Positions 1 through 14,300 of a DNA stretch of 64,000 nt are shown here, piece after piece. The stretch's first letter is position 1; the number at the start of each line of letters is the position of its first letter. Both the position numbers and the translations under genes were made by a program. This DNA is from Squalus acanthias. Its lineage: Eukaryota. The notes under the pieces are model-generated. The model was not told where the DNA came from. It worked only from the letters and a program-made list of their open reading frames with translations, and did no database searches. The stretch is from positions 137,208,001 to 137,272,000 of the forward strand of contig CM059431.1 in assembly GCA_030390025.1 (NCBI GenBank), in the 5' to 3' direction.

Positions 1-3000
1 ACTCCATACAAAGTTGGCAGGATCCTGATAGACTGTGAAACCCCATACAAACCTGCCAGGATCCTGACACACTGTCGAACCCCGTACAGATGTCAGGATC
101 ATGATAAACAGTGAAGCCCCATACACCTGGAATGTTCCTGAGACACTGTGAAAACCCATACACACCTGGAAGGATCCTGCTACACTGTGAAAACCTATAC
201 ACACCTGGCAGCATCCAGATACACTGAGAAACTCCACTCAAACCTTGCAGGATCCTGATACATTGTGAAACCCCAAACACACCTGGCAGAATCCTGACAC
301 ATTCTGAAACTCCACTCAAACCTTGCAGGATCCTGATAAACTGTGAGTCACCAATACGCTCCCGGCAGGTTCCTGACACGCTGTGAAACTCCGTACTCAC
401 CTGGCCAGATCCTGATACACTGTGAAACCCCATACACACAAGGCAGGATCCTAATACACTGTGAAACCACATGCACAACTGGCAGGTTCCTGATACACAC
501 AGAAACCCCATACACAGCTGGCATGTTCCTGATACACGGTGGAAACCCCTTACACGACTGGGAGCATCCAGATACACTGTGAAACTCCATACACACCTGG
601 CAGGATCCTGACACACTATGTAACCCAATACACAATTGGCGGATTCTGATACACTGTGTTACTCCATACACACCTGGCAGGACCCTGATATACTGTGAAA
701 CTCCATACACACCTGGCAGGATCCTGATACACTGTGAAACTCCATACACACCTGGCAGGATCCTGATAAACAGTGAAACCCCATACACACCTGGCAGGAT
801 CATGATAAACTGTCAAACCCCATACACACCTGGCAGGATTCTAATAAAATCTGAAACCCTATACACACCTGGCATAACCCACATACACTGTGAAACCCTA
901 TACACACCTGGTAGGATCCAGATACACTGTGAAACCCCATACAAAGTTGGCAGGATCCTGATAGACTGTGAAACCCCATACAAACCTGCCAGGATCCTGA
1001 CACACTGTGTAACCCCAGACACACCTGTCAGGATCCTGATACACTGTGAAACTCCTTACACACCTGGCAGGATCCTGATACACTGTGAAACTCCATAAAC
1101 ACCGGGCAGTATCCTGTCACATTTCGAAACTCCATACACACATGGCAGGATACTGATACACTGTGAAACCCCTAACGCACCGGCAGGATCCTGATACACT
1201 GTGAAACCCCATACACACCTGGTAGGATCATGATAAACTGTCAAACCCCATACACACCTGGCAGGATTCTAATAAAATCTGAAACCCTATACACACCTGG
1301 CATAACCCACATACACTGTGAAACCCTATACACACCTGGCAGGATCCAGATACACTGTGAAACTCCATACAAAGTTGGCAGGATCCTGATAGACTGTGAA
1401 ACCCCATACAAACCTGCCAGGATCCTGACACACTGTGTAACCCCAGACACACCTGTCAGGATCTTGATACACTGTGAAACTCCTTACACACCTGGCAGGA
1501 TCCTGATACACTGTGAAACTCCATAAACACCTGGCAGTATCCTGTCACATTTCGAAACTCCATACACACATGGCAGGATACTGATACACTGTGAAACCCC
1601 TAACGCACCTGGCAGGATCCTGATACACTGTGAAACCCCATACACACCTGGCAGGATCCTGATACAGTTTGATACACCATACAGAACTGGCAGATTCCTG
1701 ATATACTGGGGAACCCCATAGACACCTGGTAGGATCCAGATACTCTGCAAAACCCCATACACACCTGGTAGGTTCCTGATGTACTGCGAAACATCATAAA
1801 CTCCTGGCAGGATCCTGATACACTGTGAAAGCAAACACACATCTGGCAGGTTCCTGATAGACTGTGAAAGCACACACACTCCTGGCAGGATCCAGATACA
1901 CAGTGAAACCCCATATACACCTGGCAGGTATCAGATATACTGTGTAAACCCATACACACGTGACATGATTCTGAAACTCTGTGACACCCCATTCACACTT
2001 GCCTGCTGCTGATAGACTGTGAAACTCCATACCCACCTGGCAGGTTCCTCATACAGTATGAAACCCCATACACACCAGGCAGCATCCTGATACAATCCGA
2101 AACCCCTTACACACCTGCAGGACCACAATACACTGTGAAACCCGATACACAACTGGCAGGATCCAGATATACTGTGAAACTCCATACACAGCTGGCAGTT
2201 TCCCGATACACTTTGAAACCCCATACACACCTGCCAGGATCCTGACACATTGTGAAACTCCATATAAACCTAGCAGGATCCTGATACACTGTGAAACTCG
2301 ATTCACACCTGGGAGGATCCAGATACATTGTGAAACTCCATACACACCTGGCAGGATACTGAATCACTGTGTAACCCCATACACACCTGGCAGGATCCTG
2401 ATACACTGTGAAAGCCCTAAAGCACCTGGCAGGATCCTGATACACAGTGAACCCCCATACACACCTGGCAAGTTCCTGATAAAGTTTGAAACCCCATACA
2501 CACCTGGCAGGATCCTGATACACTGTGAAACCCCTAACGCACCTGGCAGGATCTTGATACACTGTGAAACCCCATACACATCTTGCAGAATCCTGATATA
2601 CTGTGACACCCCATACACGCCTGGCAGAATGCTGATATACTTTGAAACCCTATACACACCGGCTGGATTCTGATACACTGTGAAGCATCATACACACCTG
2701 GCAGGATCCATACACACTGTGTAACCCCATACACACCTGGCAGGATCCTGATACAATGTGAAACCGCATACACACCTGGTAGGTTCCTGATACATTCTGA
2801 AACCCAATACACACCTGGCAGGATCCTAATAATATTTGAAACCACATACACAACTGGCAGGATCATGATGCAAAGTGAAATCACAATATACACCTGGCAG
2901 TATCCCGATACACTGTTTAACTCCATAAAAACCTGTCAGGATCCTGAAACACTGTGAAACTCCATACACACCTGGCAGGATCCAGGTACACAGTGAAAGT

Positions 3001-5503
3001 CCATACACATCTGGCAGGATCCTGACACACTGTGTAACCCCATACACACCTGGCAGGATCCTGATATAATGTGAAACCCCATACACACCTGGCCGTATCC
3101 TGACACATTTTGAAACTCCATACACACCTGGCAGGATCCTGATACAGTTTGAAACCCCATACACACCTGGCAGGTTCCTGATACAGTTTGAAACCCCATA
3201 CACAACTGGCAGGTTCCTGATACAGTTTGAAACTCCATACACACCTGGCAGGATCCTGATACAGTTTGAAACCCCATACACACCTGGCAGGTTCCTGATA
3301 CACTGCGAAACCCCATAGACACCTGGTAGGTTCCTGATGCAATGCGAAACATCATACTCTCCTGGCAGGATCCTGATACACTGTGAAACCCAAGACACAC
3401 CTGGCAGGATCCTGATACACTGTCAAACCCCACACACACCTGGCAGGCTACAGATACACATTGAAACCCCATACACACCTGGCAGGTTTTAGATATACTC
3501 TGACACCCCATTCACACCTGGCTGGCTCCTGATAAACTGTGAAACTCCATACCCATCTGGCAGGTTCCTGATACACTGTGAAACCCCATACACAACTGGC
3601 AGGATCCACATAAACTGTGAAACTCTATACAAATCTGGTGGGATCCTGATAGACTGTGAAACTCCATACACACCTGGCAGGATCCTGATACTCTGTGAAA
3701 ATGCATACACATCTGGCAGGAACCTGACACACTGTGAAACCCCATACACACCTGGCAGGATCTCGATGCATTCAGAAACCCCATACATACCTGGCAGGAT
3801 CCTGATACACTTTGAAACCCCATATAGATCGGTCAGGCTCCAGATACTGTGAAACCACATGCACAGCTGGCAGAATCATGATATACAGTGAAACCTGATA
3901 CGCACCTGGCAGGTTCCTGATACACTGTGAAAACCCATACACACCAGGCAGGATCCCGATACAGTGTGAAACCTCATACACTCCTGGCAGGATCCAGATA
4001 TACTGTGAAACTCCATACACACCTGGCAGGATCCTGATACAATGTGAAACCGCATACACACCTGGTAGGTTCCTGATACATTCTGAAACCCAATACACAC
4101 CTGGCAGGATCCTAATAATATTTGAAACCACATACACAACTGGCAGGATCATGATGCAAAGTGAAATCACAATATACACCTGGCAGTATCCCGATACACT
4201 GTTTAACTCCATAAAAACCTGTCAGGATCCTGAAACACTGTGAAACTCCATACACACCTGGCAGGATCCAGGTGCACTGTGAAAGTCCATACACATCTGG
4301 CAGGATCCTGACACACTGTGTAACCCCATACACACCTGGAAGGATCCTGATATAATGTGAAACCCCATACACACCTGGCCGTATCCTGACACATTTTGAA
4401 ACTCCATACACACCTGGCAGGATCCTGATACAGTTTGAAACCCCATACACACCTGGCAGGTTCCTGATACACTGCGAAACCCCATAGACACCTGGTAGGT
4501 TCCTGATGCAATGCGAAACATCATACTCTCCTGGCAGGATCCTGATACACTGTGAAACCCAAGACACACCTGGCAGGATCCTGATACACTGTCTAACCAC
4601 ACACACGCCTGGCAGGCTACAGATACACATTGAAACCCCATACACACCTGGCAGGTTTTAGATATACTCTGACACCCCATTCACACCTGGCTGGCTCCTG
4701 ATAAACTGTGAAACTCCATACCCATCTGGCAGGTTCCTGATACACTGTGAAACCCCATACACAACTGGCAGGATCCACATAAACTGTGAAACTCTATACA
4801 AATCTGGTGGGATCCTGATAGACTGTGAAACTCCATACACACCTGGCAGGATCCTGATACTCTGTGAAAATGCATACACATCTGGCAGGAACCTGACACA
4901 CTGTGAAACCCCATACACACCTGGCAGGATCTCGATGCATTCAGAAACCCCATACACACCTGGCAGGATCCTGATACACTTTGAAACCCCATATAGATCG
5001 GTCAGGCTCCTGATACTGTGAAACCACATGCACAGCTGGCAGAATCATGATCTACAGTGAAACCTGATACGCACCTGGCAGGTTCCTGATACACTGTGAA
5101 AACCCATACACACCAGGCAGGATCCCGATACAGTGTGAAACCTCATACACTCCTGGCAGGATCCAGATACACTGTGAAAGCCCATAAACAACTGGTAGGT
5201 TCCTGATACACTGCGAAACATCATACACACCTAGCAGGATACTGATAAGCTGTGAAACCCCGTCCACATCTGGAAGGATCCTGACACACTGTGAAAATAC
5301 ACACACACCTGGCAGGATCATGACACACAGTGATACCCCATACACACCTGGCAGGTTTCAGATACACTGTGAAAACCCATACACACCTGGTAGGAACCTG
5401 ATACACTGTGAAACCCCAAACACACCTGGCAGGATCCCGATACACAGTGAAACTGCGTACACACATGGCAGGATCCTGACACATTCTGAAACTGCATACA
5501 AAC
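1..5503. repeat. Satellite A, 39-bp tandem repeat (left block, ~140 units; runs off the window start)
   Basis: Consensus CCCCATACACACCTGGCAGGATCCTGATACACTGTGAAA (39 nt, contains GGATCC) read directly. It gives 13-aa periodic ORFs (TPYTPGRILIHCE; GVYGVSQCIRILP). Confidence 0.97.
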
Positions 5504-8272
5504 AAGGTAGATGAATTAGCTGTGGAAATAGAGGTTAATAATTATGATCCAATTGGGATTACGGAAACATGGTTGCAGGGTGAGCAGGGCTGGGAGCTTA
5601 ACATACAGGGGTATTCAGTATTTAGGAAGGATCGACGAAAAAGAAAGGGAGGAGGGGTAGCATTGCTGGTAAAAGAAGGGATAAATGCAATTGAAAGGAA
5701 GGATATTAACTCAGTTAATACAGAATCTATATGGGTGGAGCTAAGAAATAGCGAGGGGCGAAAAACATTAATAGGAGTGGTATATAGGCCTCCAAATAGT
5801 AAAATAGAGGTTGGGGAGGGCATCACGAGGGAAATTAGAGAAGCGTGCAATAAGAGCACAGCTGTCATCATAGGTGACTTTAACTTACATATAGATTGGA
5901 ATAGCCTAATCAGTAAAAATAATGAGGAGGAGGAATTCCTTGAGTGTTTAAGGGATGGTTATCTGGATCAATATGTCGAGGAACCAACTCGGGAACAGGC
6001 TATATTGGACTGGGTACTGTGCAATGAGAAGGGACTAATTAGTAATCTTGTTGTACGGGGACCCTTGGGTCAGAGCGATCATAACATGATCGATTTCTCA
6101 CTCGAAATGGAGAGCGAAGAAATTGACTCAGATACTAAGGTCCTGAATTTAAACAAGGGGAATTATGATGCCATTAGACGGGAACTGAGTAGGTCTGATT
6201 GGACAACGTTCCTGGGAGGACTGGAGGTAGATAAACAATGGCAAGCATTTAAAGATAGAATGACAAAATTGCAAAAATTGTTTATACCAATCTGGCATAA
6301 AAGGAAATCTAAAAAGGTGACTCAACCGTGGATAACAGGGGAAATTAGAGACAGCATAAAATCCAAAGATAGGGCGTATAAAATAGCCAAAAAAAGCACC
6401 AGAGCGGAAGATTGGGAACAGTTTAAGATAGAGCAAAGGAGGACAAAGGGCTTAATCAAGAGGGGCAAAATAGCTTACGAAAGAAAGCTGGCGGAAAATA
6501 TAAAAACTAACTCCAAAAGCTTTTATAAGTATATCAAGAGGAAAAGACTGGTGAAAACCAAAGTTGGCCCATTGCAGTCAGATACGGGGGAATATATAAC
6601 GGGAAATAAGGAAATGGCAGACCAACTAAATGCATACTTTGGGTCAGTCTTTACGAAGGAAGACACAAAAAACCTCCCTGGGATATCGGGAAAAATAGGG
6701 ACATTTGCAAAGGAGGAACTGACGCAAGTCAATATCTCTAAGGATATGGTGTTAAGGAAGCTAAAGGGATTGAAGGCGGACAAATCCCCAGGGCCTGATA
6801 ACATGCATCCTAGGGTACTGAAGGAGGTGGCCCTAGAGATAGCGGATGCACTAAGTATGATTTTTCAGAATTCATTAGACTCGGGAACAGTGCCCATGGA
6901 TTGGAGGGTAGCTAACGTTACCCCACTATTCAAAAAGGGGGGTAGGGAAAAAGCAGGTAATTACAGACCTGTAAGCCTTACATCAGTTGTGGGCAAAATG
7001 CTGGAGTCCATCATTAAGGATGAAATAGCGGAGCACTTAGCAAATGGGGACAGGATAGGACAGAGTCAACATGGATTTACAAAGGGTAAATCGTGCTTGA
7101 CTAATCTATTGGAATTTTTTGAGGGAGTAACTGGTAAAATAGATGGGGGAGAGCCAGTAGATGTGGTGTACCTGGACTTCCAAAAGGCCTTCGATAAGGT
7201 CCCACATAAAAGATTAGCAGGGAAAATTGAAGCTCATGGGATAAAGGGGAAAGTATTGACGTGGATAGAGAACTGGCTGTCAGATAGAAAACAGAGAGTT
7301 GGAATAAACGGCTCATTTTCTGAATGGCAGGCAGTAACAAGTGGGGTACCACAGGGATCTGTCCTGGGTCCCCAGCTGTTCACAATTTACATTAATGACC
7401 TGGATCAGGGAGTCGGATGCAGCATTTCCAAATTTGCAGACGACACTAAACTAGGAGGGGGGGTGGGCTCAGAGGAGGAGACCAGGAAGCTCCAGAGCGA
7501 TTTGGACAGACTGGGTGATTGGGCGGATAAATGGCAGATGCACTATAATGTGGACAAGTGCGAAGTTATCCACCTTGGGTGCAGGAACGGGAGGGCAAAT
7601 TATTATTTAAATGGCAATAAATTGGGAGAGGGGGAAGTACAGAGAGACCTGGGTGTTCTTGTACACCAGTCACTGAAGGCGAGCATGCAGGTGCAACAGG
7701 CGATCAAGAAGGCAAACGGTATGCTGGCCTTCATAGCAAAAGGGTTGGAATACAGGAACAGGGATACCTTGCTGCAGCTGTACAGGGCACTGGTGAGACC
7801 ACACCTCGAGTACTGTGTACAGTTTTGGTCGCCTCATCTGAGGAAAGATGTTCTTGCCATGGAGGGGGTGCAGCAGCGATTCACCAGGCTGATACCAGGA
7901 ATGGCGGGATTGACCTATGAGGAGAGACTATGTAGTTTAGGGATGTACACACTGGAGTTTAGAAGATTGAGAGGGGACCTCATAGAAGTGTATAAAATTC
8001 TGACAGGTCTAGACAGACTAGATGCAGAAGGAATGTTTCCCTTGGCGGGTGAGAACAGAACTAGAGGACATAATTTAAGGATAAGGGCTAAACCATTTAG
8101 GACAGAAATGAGGGGGAATTTCTTCACTCAGAGGGTGGTGAACCTGTGGAACTCATTGCCACAGAGGGCAGTGTACGCCAGCTCATTAAATATATTTAAG
8201 AGGGAATTAGATGTATTTCTACAGGCAAAAGGGGTTAAGGGTTACGGAGAGAAGGCGGGGACGGGATACTGA
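5501..8272 (+). CDS. CR1 ORF2 (APE endonuclease + reverse transcriptase), uninterrupted but lacking its native start
   Basis: EN motifs GITETWL, GGGVALLVK, VVYRPP, GDFN, ILDWVL, SDHNMI. RT motifs YRPVSLTS, YLDFQKAFDKVPH, SGVPQGSVLGP, FADDTK. No stop or frameshift over >916 aa. The upstream in-frame stop at 5477-5479 lies in satellite. Confidence 0.93.
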   Translation, partial: NKVDELAVEIEVNNYDPIGITETWLQGEQGWELNIQGYSVFRKDRRKRKGGGVALLVKEGINAIERKDINSVNTESIWVELRNSEGRKTLIGVVYRPPNSKIEVGEGITREIREACNKSTAVIIGDFNLHIDWNSLISKNNEEEEFLECLRDGYLDQYVEEPTREQAILDWVLCNEKGLISNLVVRGPLGQSDHNMIDFSLEMESEEIDSDTKVLNLNKGNYDAIRRELSRSDWTTFLGGLEVDKQWQAFKDRMTKLQKLFIPIWHKRKSKKVTQPWITGEIRDSIKSKDRAYKIAKKSTRAEDWEQFKIEQRRTKGLIKRGKIAYERKLAENIKTNSKSFYKYIKRKRLVKTKVGPLQSDTGEYITGNKEMADQLNAYFGSVFTKEDTKNLPGISGKIGTFAKEELTQVNISKDMVLRKLKGLKADKSPGPDNMHPRVLKEVALEIADALSMIFQNSLDSGTVPMDWRVANVTPLFKKGGREKAGNYRPVSLTSVVGKMLESIIKDEIAEHLANGDRIGQSQHGFTKGKSCLTNLLEFFEGVTGKIDGGEPVDVVYLDFQKAFDKVPHKRLAGKIEAHGIKGKVLTWIENWLSDRKQRVGINGSFSEWQAVTSGVPQGSVLGPQLFTIYINDLDQGVGCSISKFADDTKLGGGVGSEEETRKLQSDLDRLGDWADKWQMHYNVDKCEVIHLGCRNGRANYYLNGNKLGEGEVQRDLGVLVHQSLKASMQVQQAIKKANGMLAFIAKGLEYRNRDTLLQLYRALVRPHLEYCVQFWSPHLRKDVLAMEGVQQRFTRLIPGMAGLTYEERLCSLGMYTLEFRRLRGDLIEVYKILTGLDRLDAEGMFPLAGENRTRGHNLRIRAKPFRTEMRGNFFTQRVVNLWNSLPQRAVYASSLNIFKRELDVFLQAKGVKGYGEKAGTGY

Positions 8273-8372
8273 ATTGGAGGATCAGCCATGATCTCCTTAA
8301 ATGGCGGAGCAGGCTCGAAGGGCCGGATGGCCTACTCCTGCTCCTATCTTCTATGTATCTATGTATCTATGT
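5504..8372 (+). mobile_element. CR1-clade LINE, 5'-truncated inside the endonuclease N-terminus, inserted in satellite A
   Basis: Starts abruptly at (N)KVDELAVEIE, followed by ORF2. The 3' UTR has the hairpin GGAGCAGG...CCTGCTCC and an 8-bp tail (CTATGTAT)x2.75 at 8351-8372. AAAC is repeated at 5500-5503 and 8373-8376 (short TSD or microhomology) and the satellite resumes in register. Confidence 0.96.
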
Positions 8373-11300
8373 AAACCTGGCAGGATCCTGATACACTGTT
8401 TAGCCCCATATACACGTGTCAGGATCCTGATACATTGTGAAACCCCATACAAAGCTGAAAGGAACCTGATACACTGTGAAACCCCATACACATCTGGCAG
8501 GATCCTGACATACTGTGAAGCACCATATGCACCTGGGAGGATCCTGATATACTGTGAAAGCCCATACTCAGCTGGCAGGATCCTGATACACTGTGAAACC
8601 CCATACTCAGCTGGCAGTCTCCAGATACACTGTGAAACCCCATGCACACCTGGCAGGATCCTGATACACGGTGAAACCCCATACACATCTGGCAGGATCC
8701 TGATACACTGTGAAACCCCATACGCAGCTGGCAGGATACTGATACACGGTAAAACCCCATACACATCTGGCAGGATCCTGACACATTATGAAACTCCTTA
8801 CAAACCTGGCAGGATCTTGAAACACTTTGTAACCCCATACATACTTGGCAGGATCTCGATAAACTGTGAAACTCCATACACACCTGCCAGAATCCTGATA
8901 CACTGTGACAACCCATACACCCCTGGCAGGATCTCGCTACACTGTGAAAACCCATACACATCTGGCAGGATCCTGATAAGTTTGAAACCCCATACAACCC
9001 AGGCAAGATCCTGATACACTGCGAATCCCCATATAGAGCTTGCAGGATCTTGATACACTCTGAAACCCCAGACAAATCTATCAGAATCCTGATGCACTGT
9101 GAACCCCATACTCACCTGACCGTATTTTGATACACTGTGAAACACCATAAACAGCTGGCAGAATCATGATACACTGTGAAACCCATACAAACGTGGTAAG
9201 TTCCTGATACACTGTGAAACAACATACACACCGACAGGATACCGATACATTGTGAAACATCATACACACCTGGTAGGATCCTGATACAGTGTGAGGCACC
9301 ATACTCACCTGTCCGGAGCTTGATACTCTGTGAAACACCATAAACACCTGTCAGGATCCTAATAGTTCGTGAAACCATATGCACAATTGGCAGGAATCTG
9401 TTAGACTGTGAAACCCCATACACAACTGGCAGGATCATGATAATGTATGAAACCATTACACACCTGTCAGGATCGTGATATAATGTGAAACCCCATACAT
9501 ACCTGGCAGGATCCACATAAACTGTGAAATCCTATACACACATTGCAGGATCCAGTTACACTGTGAAACTCCATACAAACCTGCCAGCATCCTGGCACAT
9601 TGTGAAACGCCATAAAAACCTGGCACGATCCTGATACACTGTGAAACTCCATACTCACCTGGCATGACCCTGATACACTGTGAAACCCCATACACAGCGG
9701 GAGGATGCTGATACACATTGAAACCCCATAGAAACCTGGCAGGCTCCAGATGCACTGTGAAACTTCATACACACCTGCCAGAATCCTGATACACTGTGAC
9801 ACCCCATATACACCTGTCTGGATCTCGCTACACTGTGAAACCCCATACACATCTGGCAGGATCCTGATCAGTGTGAATCCCCATACAAATCAGGCAAGAT
9901 CCTGATACACTGTGAAACCCCATAAAGAACTGGCAGGATCCAGATATACTGCGATACCACTGACAAACCTGGCAGAATCCTGATACACTGTGAAACCCCA
10001 TACTCACCTGACCGGATCTTGATACACTGTGAAACACCTTAAACACCTGGCAGAATCCTGATACACTGTGAAACTACATACAAACCTTGTAAGTTCCTGA
10101 TACACTGTGAAACAACATACACACCAGACAGGTTCCTGATACATTGTGAAACCCCATACTCACCTGATCGGATCTTGATACATTGTGAAACACCATAAAC
10201 ACCTGGCAGGATCTAAATACACCGGGAAAGCCTATGCACAACTGGCAGGAACCTGATAGACTGAGAAACCACATACACAACTGGCAGGATCCACATACAC
10301 TGCGGAACTCGATAAACACCTGGCATGATCCAGATACACCGTGAAACCCTATCGAAACCTGTGAGAATCCTGATACACTGTGAAACGACATACACAGCTG
10401 GCAGGATCCGGATACACAGTGAAACCCCATATAAAACTGACAGGATCCTGACACAATGTGATACTCCATACACACCTGGAAGGTTCCTGATACACTGTGA
10501 AACAACATACACACCTGGCAGGTACTGAAAAGCTGTGAAACCACATACAGACCTGGTAGGTTCCTGATACACGGTGAGACACCGTACTCAACTGGCAGGA
10601 TCCTGATACACTGAGAAACCCCATACACTTTGATACCCCATAGACACATGGCAGGATCCTGATACAGCGTGGAACCCCATACACACCAGGCAGGATCCTG
10701 ATACGCTGTGAAACCCCATAAAGACCTGGCAGAATCCAGATGTAGTGTGAAACCACATACACACCTGGCAGGATCCTGATACACTGTGACACGCCATACA
10801 CACCTGACAGCATCAAGATACACTGCGAAAACCCATATGACATGGCAGGATCCTGATACAATGTGATACCCCATACATACCAGATAGGTTCCTGATACAT
10901 AGCCAAAACATCATACACACCTGACAGGATCCTGATACACTGTGAAATCGCATAAACTCCTGGCAGGATCCTGATACACTGAGAAACCCCATACACACTT
11001 CGCAGCATCCTGTACACTGTGAAACCCAATACAAACCTGGCAGGATGCTTGTACTCTCTGAAACATCATACACACCTGGCAGATTCTCGATACACTGTTT
11101 AACCCCGTGCACACGTGTCAGGATCCTGACACATTGTGAAACTCCACACAAACCTGGCAGGATCCTGATACACTGTTTAACCCCGTACAGAAGTGTCAGT
11201 ATCCTGATACACTGTGAAACCCCATACACACCTGGCAGGATCCTGAGACGCTGTGAAACACCTTACACACAATGCAGGATCCTGATACACTGTGAAACCC

Positions 11301-14300
11301 CATAAACTCCTGGCATGTACCTGGTATACTGTGAATACCCATACATACTTGGCAGAATCCTGATATACTGTGAAACGCCATACCCACCTGGGAGGTTTCT
11401 GATAAAATGTGAAACGCCATACACACCTGGCAGGATCCAGATACACAGTGAAACACCATATAAAACGGTCTGGATCCTGAAACAATGTGATACTCCAGAC
11501 ACACCGGGAAGGTCCCTGATACACTGTGCAACACCATACTCACCTGGCAGGATCCTGATACACTGTGAAACCACATACACACCTGGCAGTATCCTGACAC
11601 ACTTTGAAACCCCATACATATCTGGCAGGATCTCGCTGCACTGTGAAAACCCAGACATACCTGGCAGGATCCTGACACAGTGTGAAACCCCATACACACC
11701 AGAAAGCATCCTGATACACTGTGAAATCCCATAAAGACCTGGCAGGATCCTGATACACTGTGATAGCCCATACACACCTGGTAGGTTCCTGATACATAGC
11801 CAAACATCATACATACCTGATACGGTCCTGATAATCTGTGAAATCCCATACACATCTGGCAGGACCCGGCTACACTGTGAAACCCCATACACACCTGGCA
11901 GGTTTCAGATACACTGTGAAACCCCATAATCATCTGGCAGGATCCTGATACACTGTGAAACCCCATACACTCCTGCCAGATTCGTGATACACTGTGAAAC
12001 CCCACAAACACCTGGCAGAATCCTAATATATTGTGAAACCCCATACACAGCTGGAAGGGACCCGATATACTGTGAATCCCCATACACACTTGGCAGAATC
12101 CTGATATACTGTGAAAGGCCATACACACCTGGGAGGTTCCTGATAAAATGTGAAACGCCATACACACCTGGCAGGATCCAGATACACAGTGAAAACCCAT
12201 ATAAAACTGTCAGAATCCTGAAACAATGTGATACTCCATACACACCTGGAAGGTCCCTGATACACTGTGCGTCACCATACTCACCTGGCAGGATCCTGAT
12301 ACACTGTTAAACCCCATTCAGACCTGGCAGGATCCTAAAACACTGTGAAACCACATACACCCCTGGCAGTATCCTGACACACTTTGAAACCCCATACACA
12401 CCAGACAGCATCCTGATACACTGTGAAACCCCATAAAGACCTGGCAGGATACTGATACACTGTGAAACCCCATACACAACTGGCAGGATCCTGATTCAGT
12501 GTGAACCCCCATACACACCTGGCAGGCTCCTGATACACTGTGAAACCCCATACACACCTGGCAGGATCCTGATACGCTGTGAAACCCCATACACACCTGG
12601 CAGGATCCTGATACACTGTGAAACCCCATACACACCTGGTAGGATCCTGATACACTGTGAAACCACATACACACCTGGCAGAATCCTGATACAGTGTGAA
12701 ACCCCATACACACCTGGCTGACTCCTGATACACTGTGAAACCCCATACACACCTGGCAGGCTCCTGATACACTGTGAAACCCCATACACACCTGGCAGGC
12801 TCCTGATACATCGTGAAACCCCATACACACCTGGCAGGATCCTGATACACTGTGAAACCCCATACACACCTGGCAGGATCCTGATACACTGTGAAACCCC
12901 ATACACACCTGGCAGGATCCTGATACACTGTGAAACCCCATACACACCAGCCAGGATCCTGGTGCACTGTGAAACCGCATACACACCTGGCAGGCTCCTG
13001 ATACACTGTGAAACCACATACACACCTGGCAGGCTCCTGATACACTGTGAAACCCCATACGCACCTGGCAGGATCCTGATACACTGTGAAACCCCATACA
13101 CACCTGGCAGGCTCCTGATACACTGTGAAACCCAATACACACCTGGCAGGCTCCTGACACACTGTGAAACCCCATACACACATGGCAGGCTCCTGATACA
13201 CTGTGAAACCCTGTACACACCTGGCAGTTCCCGATACACTGTGAAATCCCAAACACACCTGGCAGGATCCTGATACACTGTGAAATCCCAAACACACGTG
13301 GCAGGATCATGATACACTGTGAAGCCCCATACACACCTGGCAAAATACGGCTACACTGTGAAACCCGAGACACACCTGGCAGGATCCAGATACACTGTGA
13401 AACCCCATACACACCTGGCAGGATCCTGATACACTGTGAAATGCCATGCATACCTGGCAGGATCCTGACACACTGTGAAACCCCATACACACCTGTCAGG
13501 ATCCTCATACACTGTGAAACCTCATACACACTTCGCAGCATCATGATACACTCTGAAGCCCCATATACACCTGGCAGGATCCTGGCACTTTGTGAAACAC
13601 CATACTCACCTGGCAGAATCTCGAAGCTCTGTGAACACCCATAAACACCTGGCAGGATTCTGTTACACTGTGAAACCCCATACACACCTGGCAGGTACCT
13701 GATATACTGTGAATACCCATACACACTTGGCAGAATCCTGATACACTGTGAAACCCCATATACACCTGGGAGGATCCTGATACACTGTGAAACGCCATAC
13801 ACACCTGGCAGGATCCAGATACGCGTTGAAACCCCTTATAAAACTGTCAGGATCCTGACACAATGTGATAATCCATACAAACCTGGAAGGATCCTGATAC
13901 ACTGTGAAACAACATATTCACCTGGCAGGTCCTGAAAAGCTGTGAAACCACATGCAGACCTGGTAGGATCCTGATGCACTGTGAGACACCATATCACCTT
14001 GCAGGATCCTGATACACTGAGAAACCCCATACACTTTGATACCCCATAGACACATGGCAGGATCCTGATACAGCGTGGAACCCCATACACACCAGGCAGG
14101 ATCCTGATACGCTGTGAAACCCCATAAAGACCTGGCAGAATCCAGATGTAGTGTGAAACCACATACACACCTGGCAGGATCCTGATACACTGTGACACGC
14201 CATACACACCTGACAGCATCAAGATACACTGCGAAAACCCATATGACATGGCAGGATCCTGATACAATGTGATACCCCATACATACCTGATAGGTTCCTG

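Noticed and set aside
8301..9014. MAEQARR... ORFs (also 23896-24129 and 44564-45079) as LINE-satellite fusion proteins
   Set aside because: The ATG is part of the conserved CR1 3' UTR and simply reads into stop-poor satellite.
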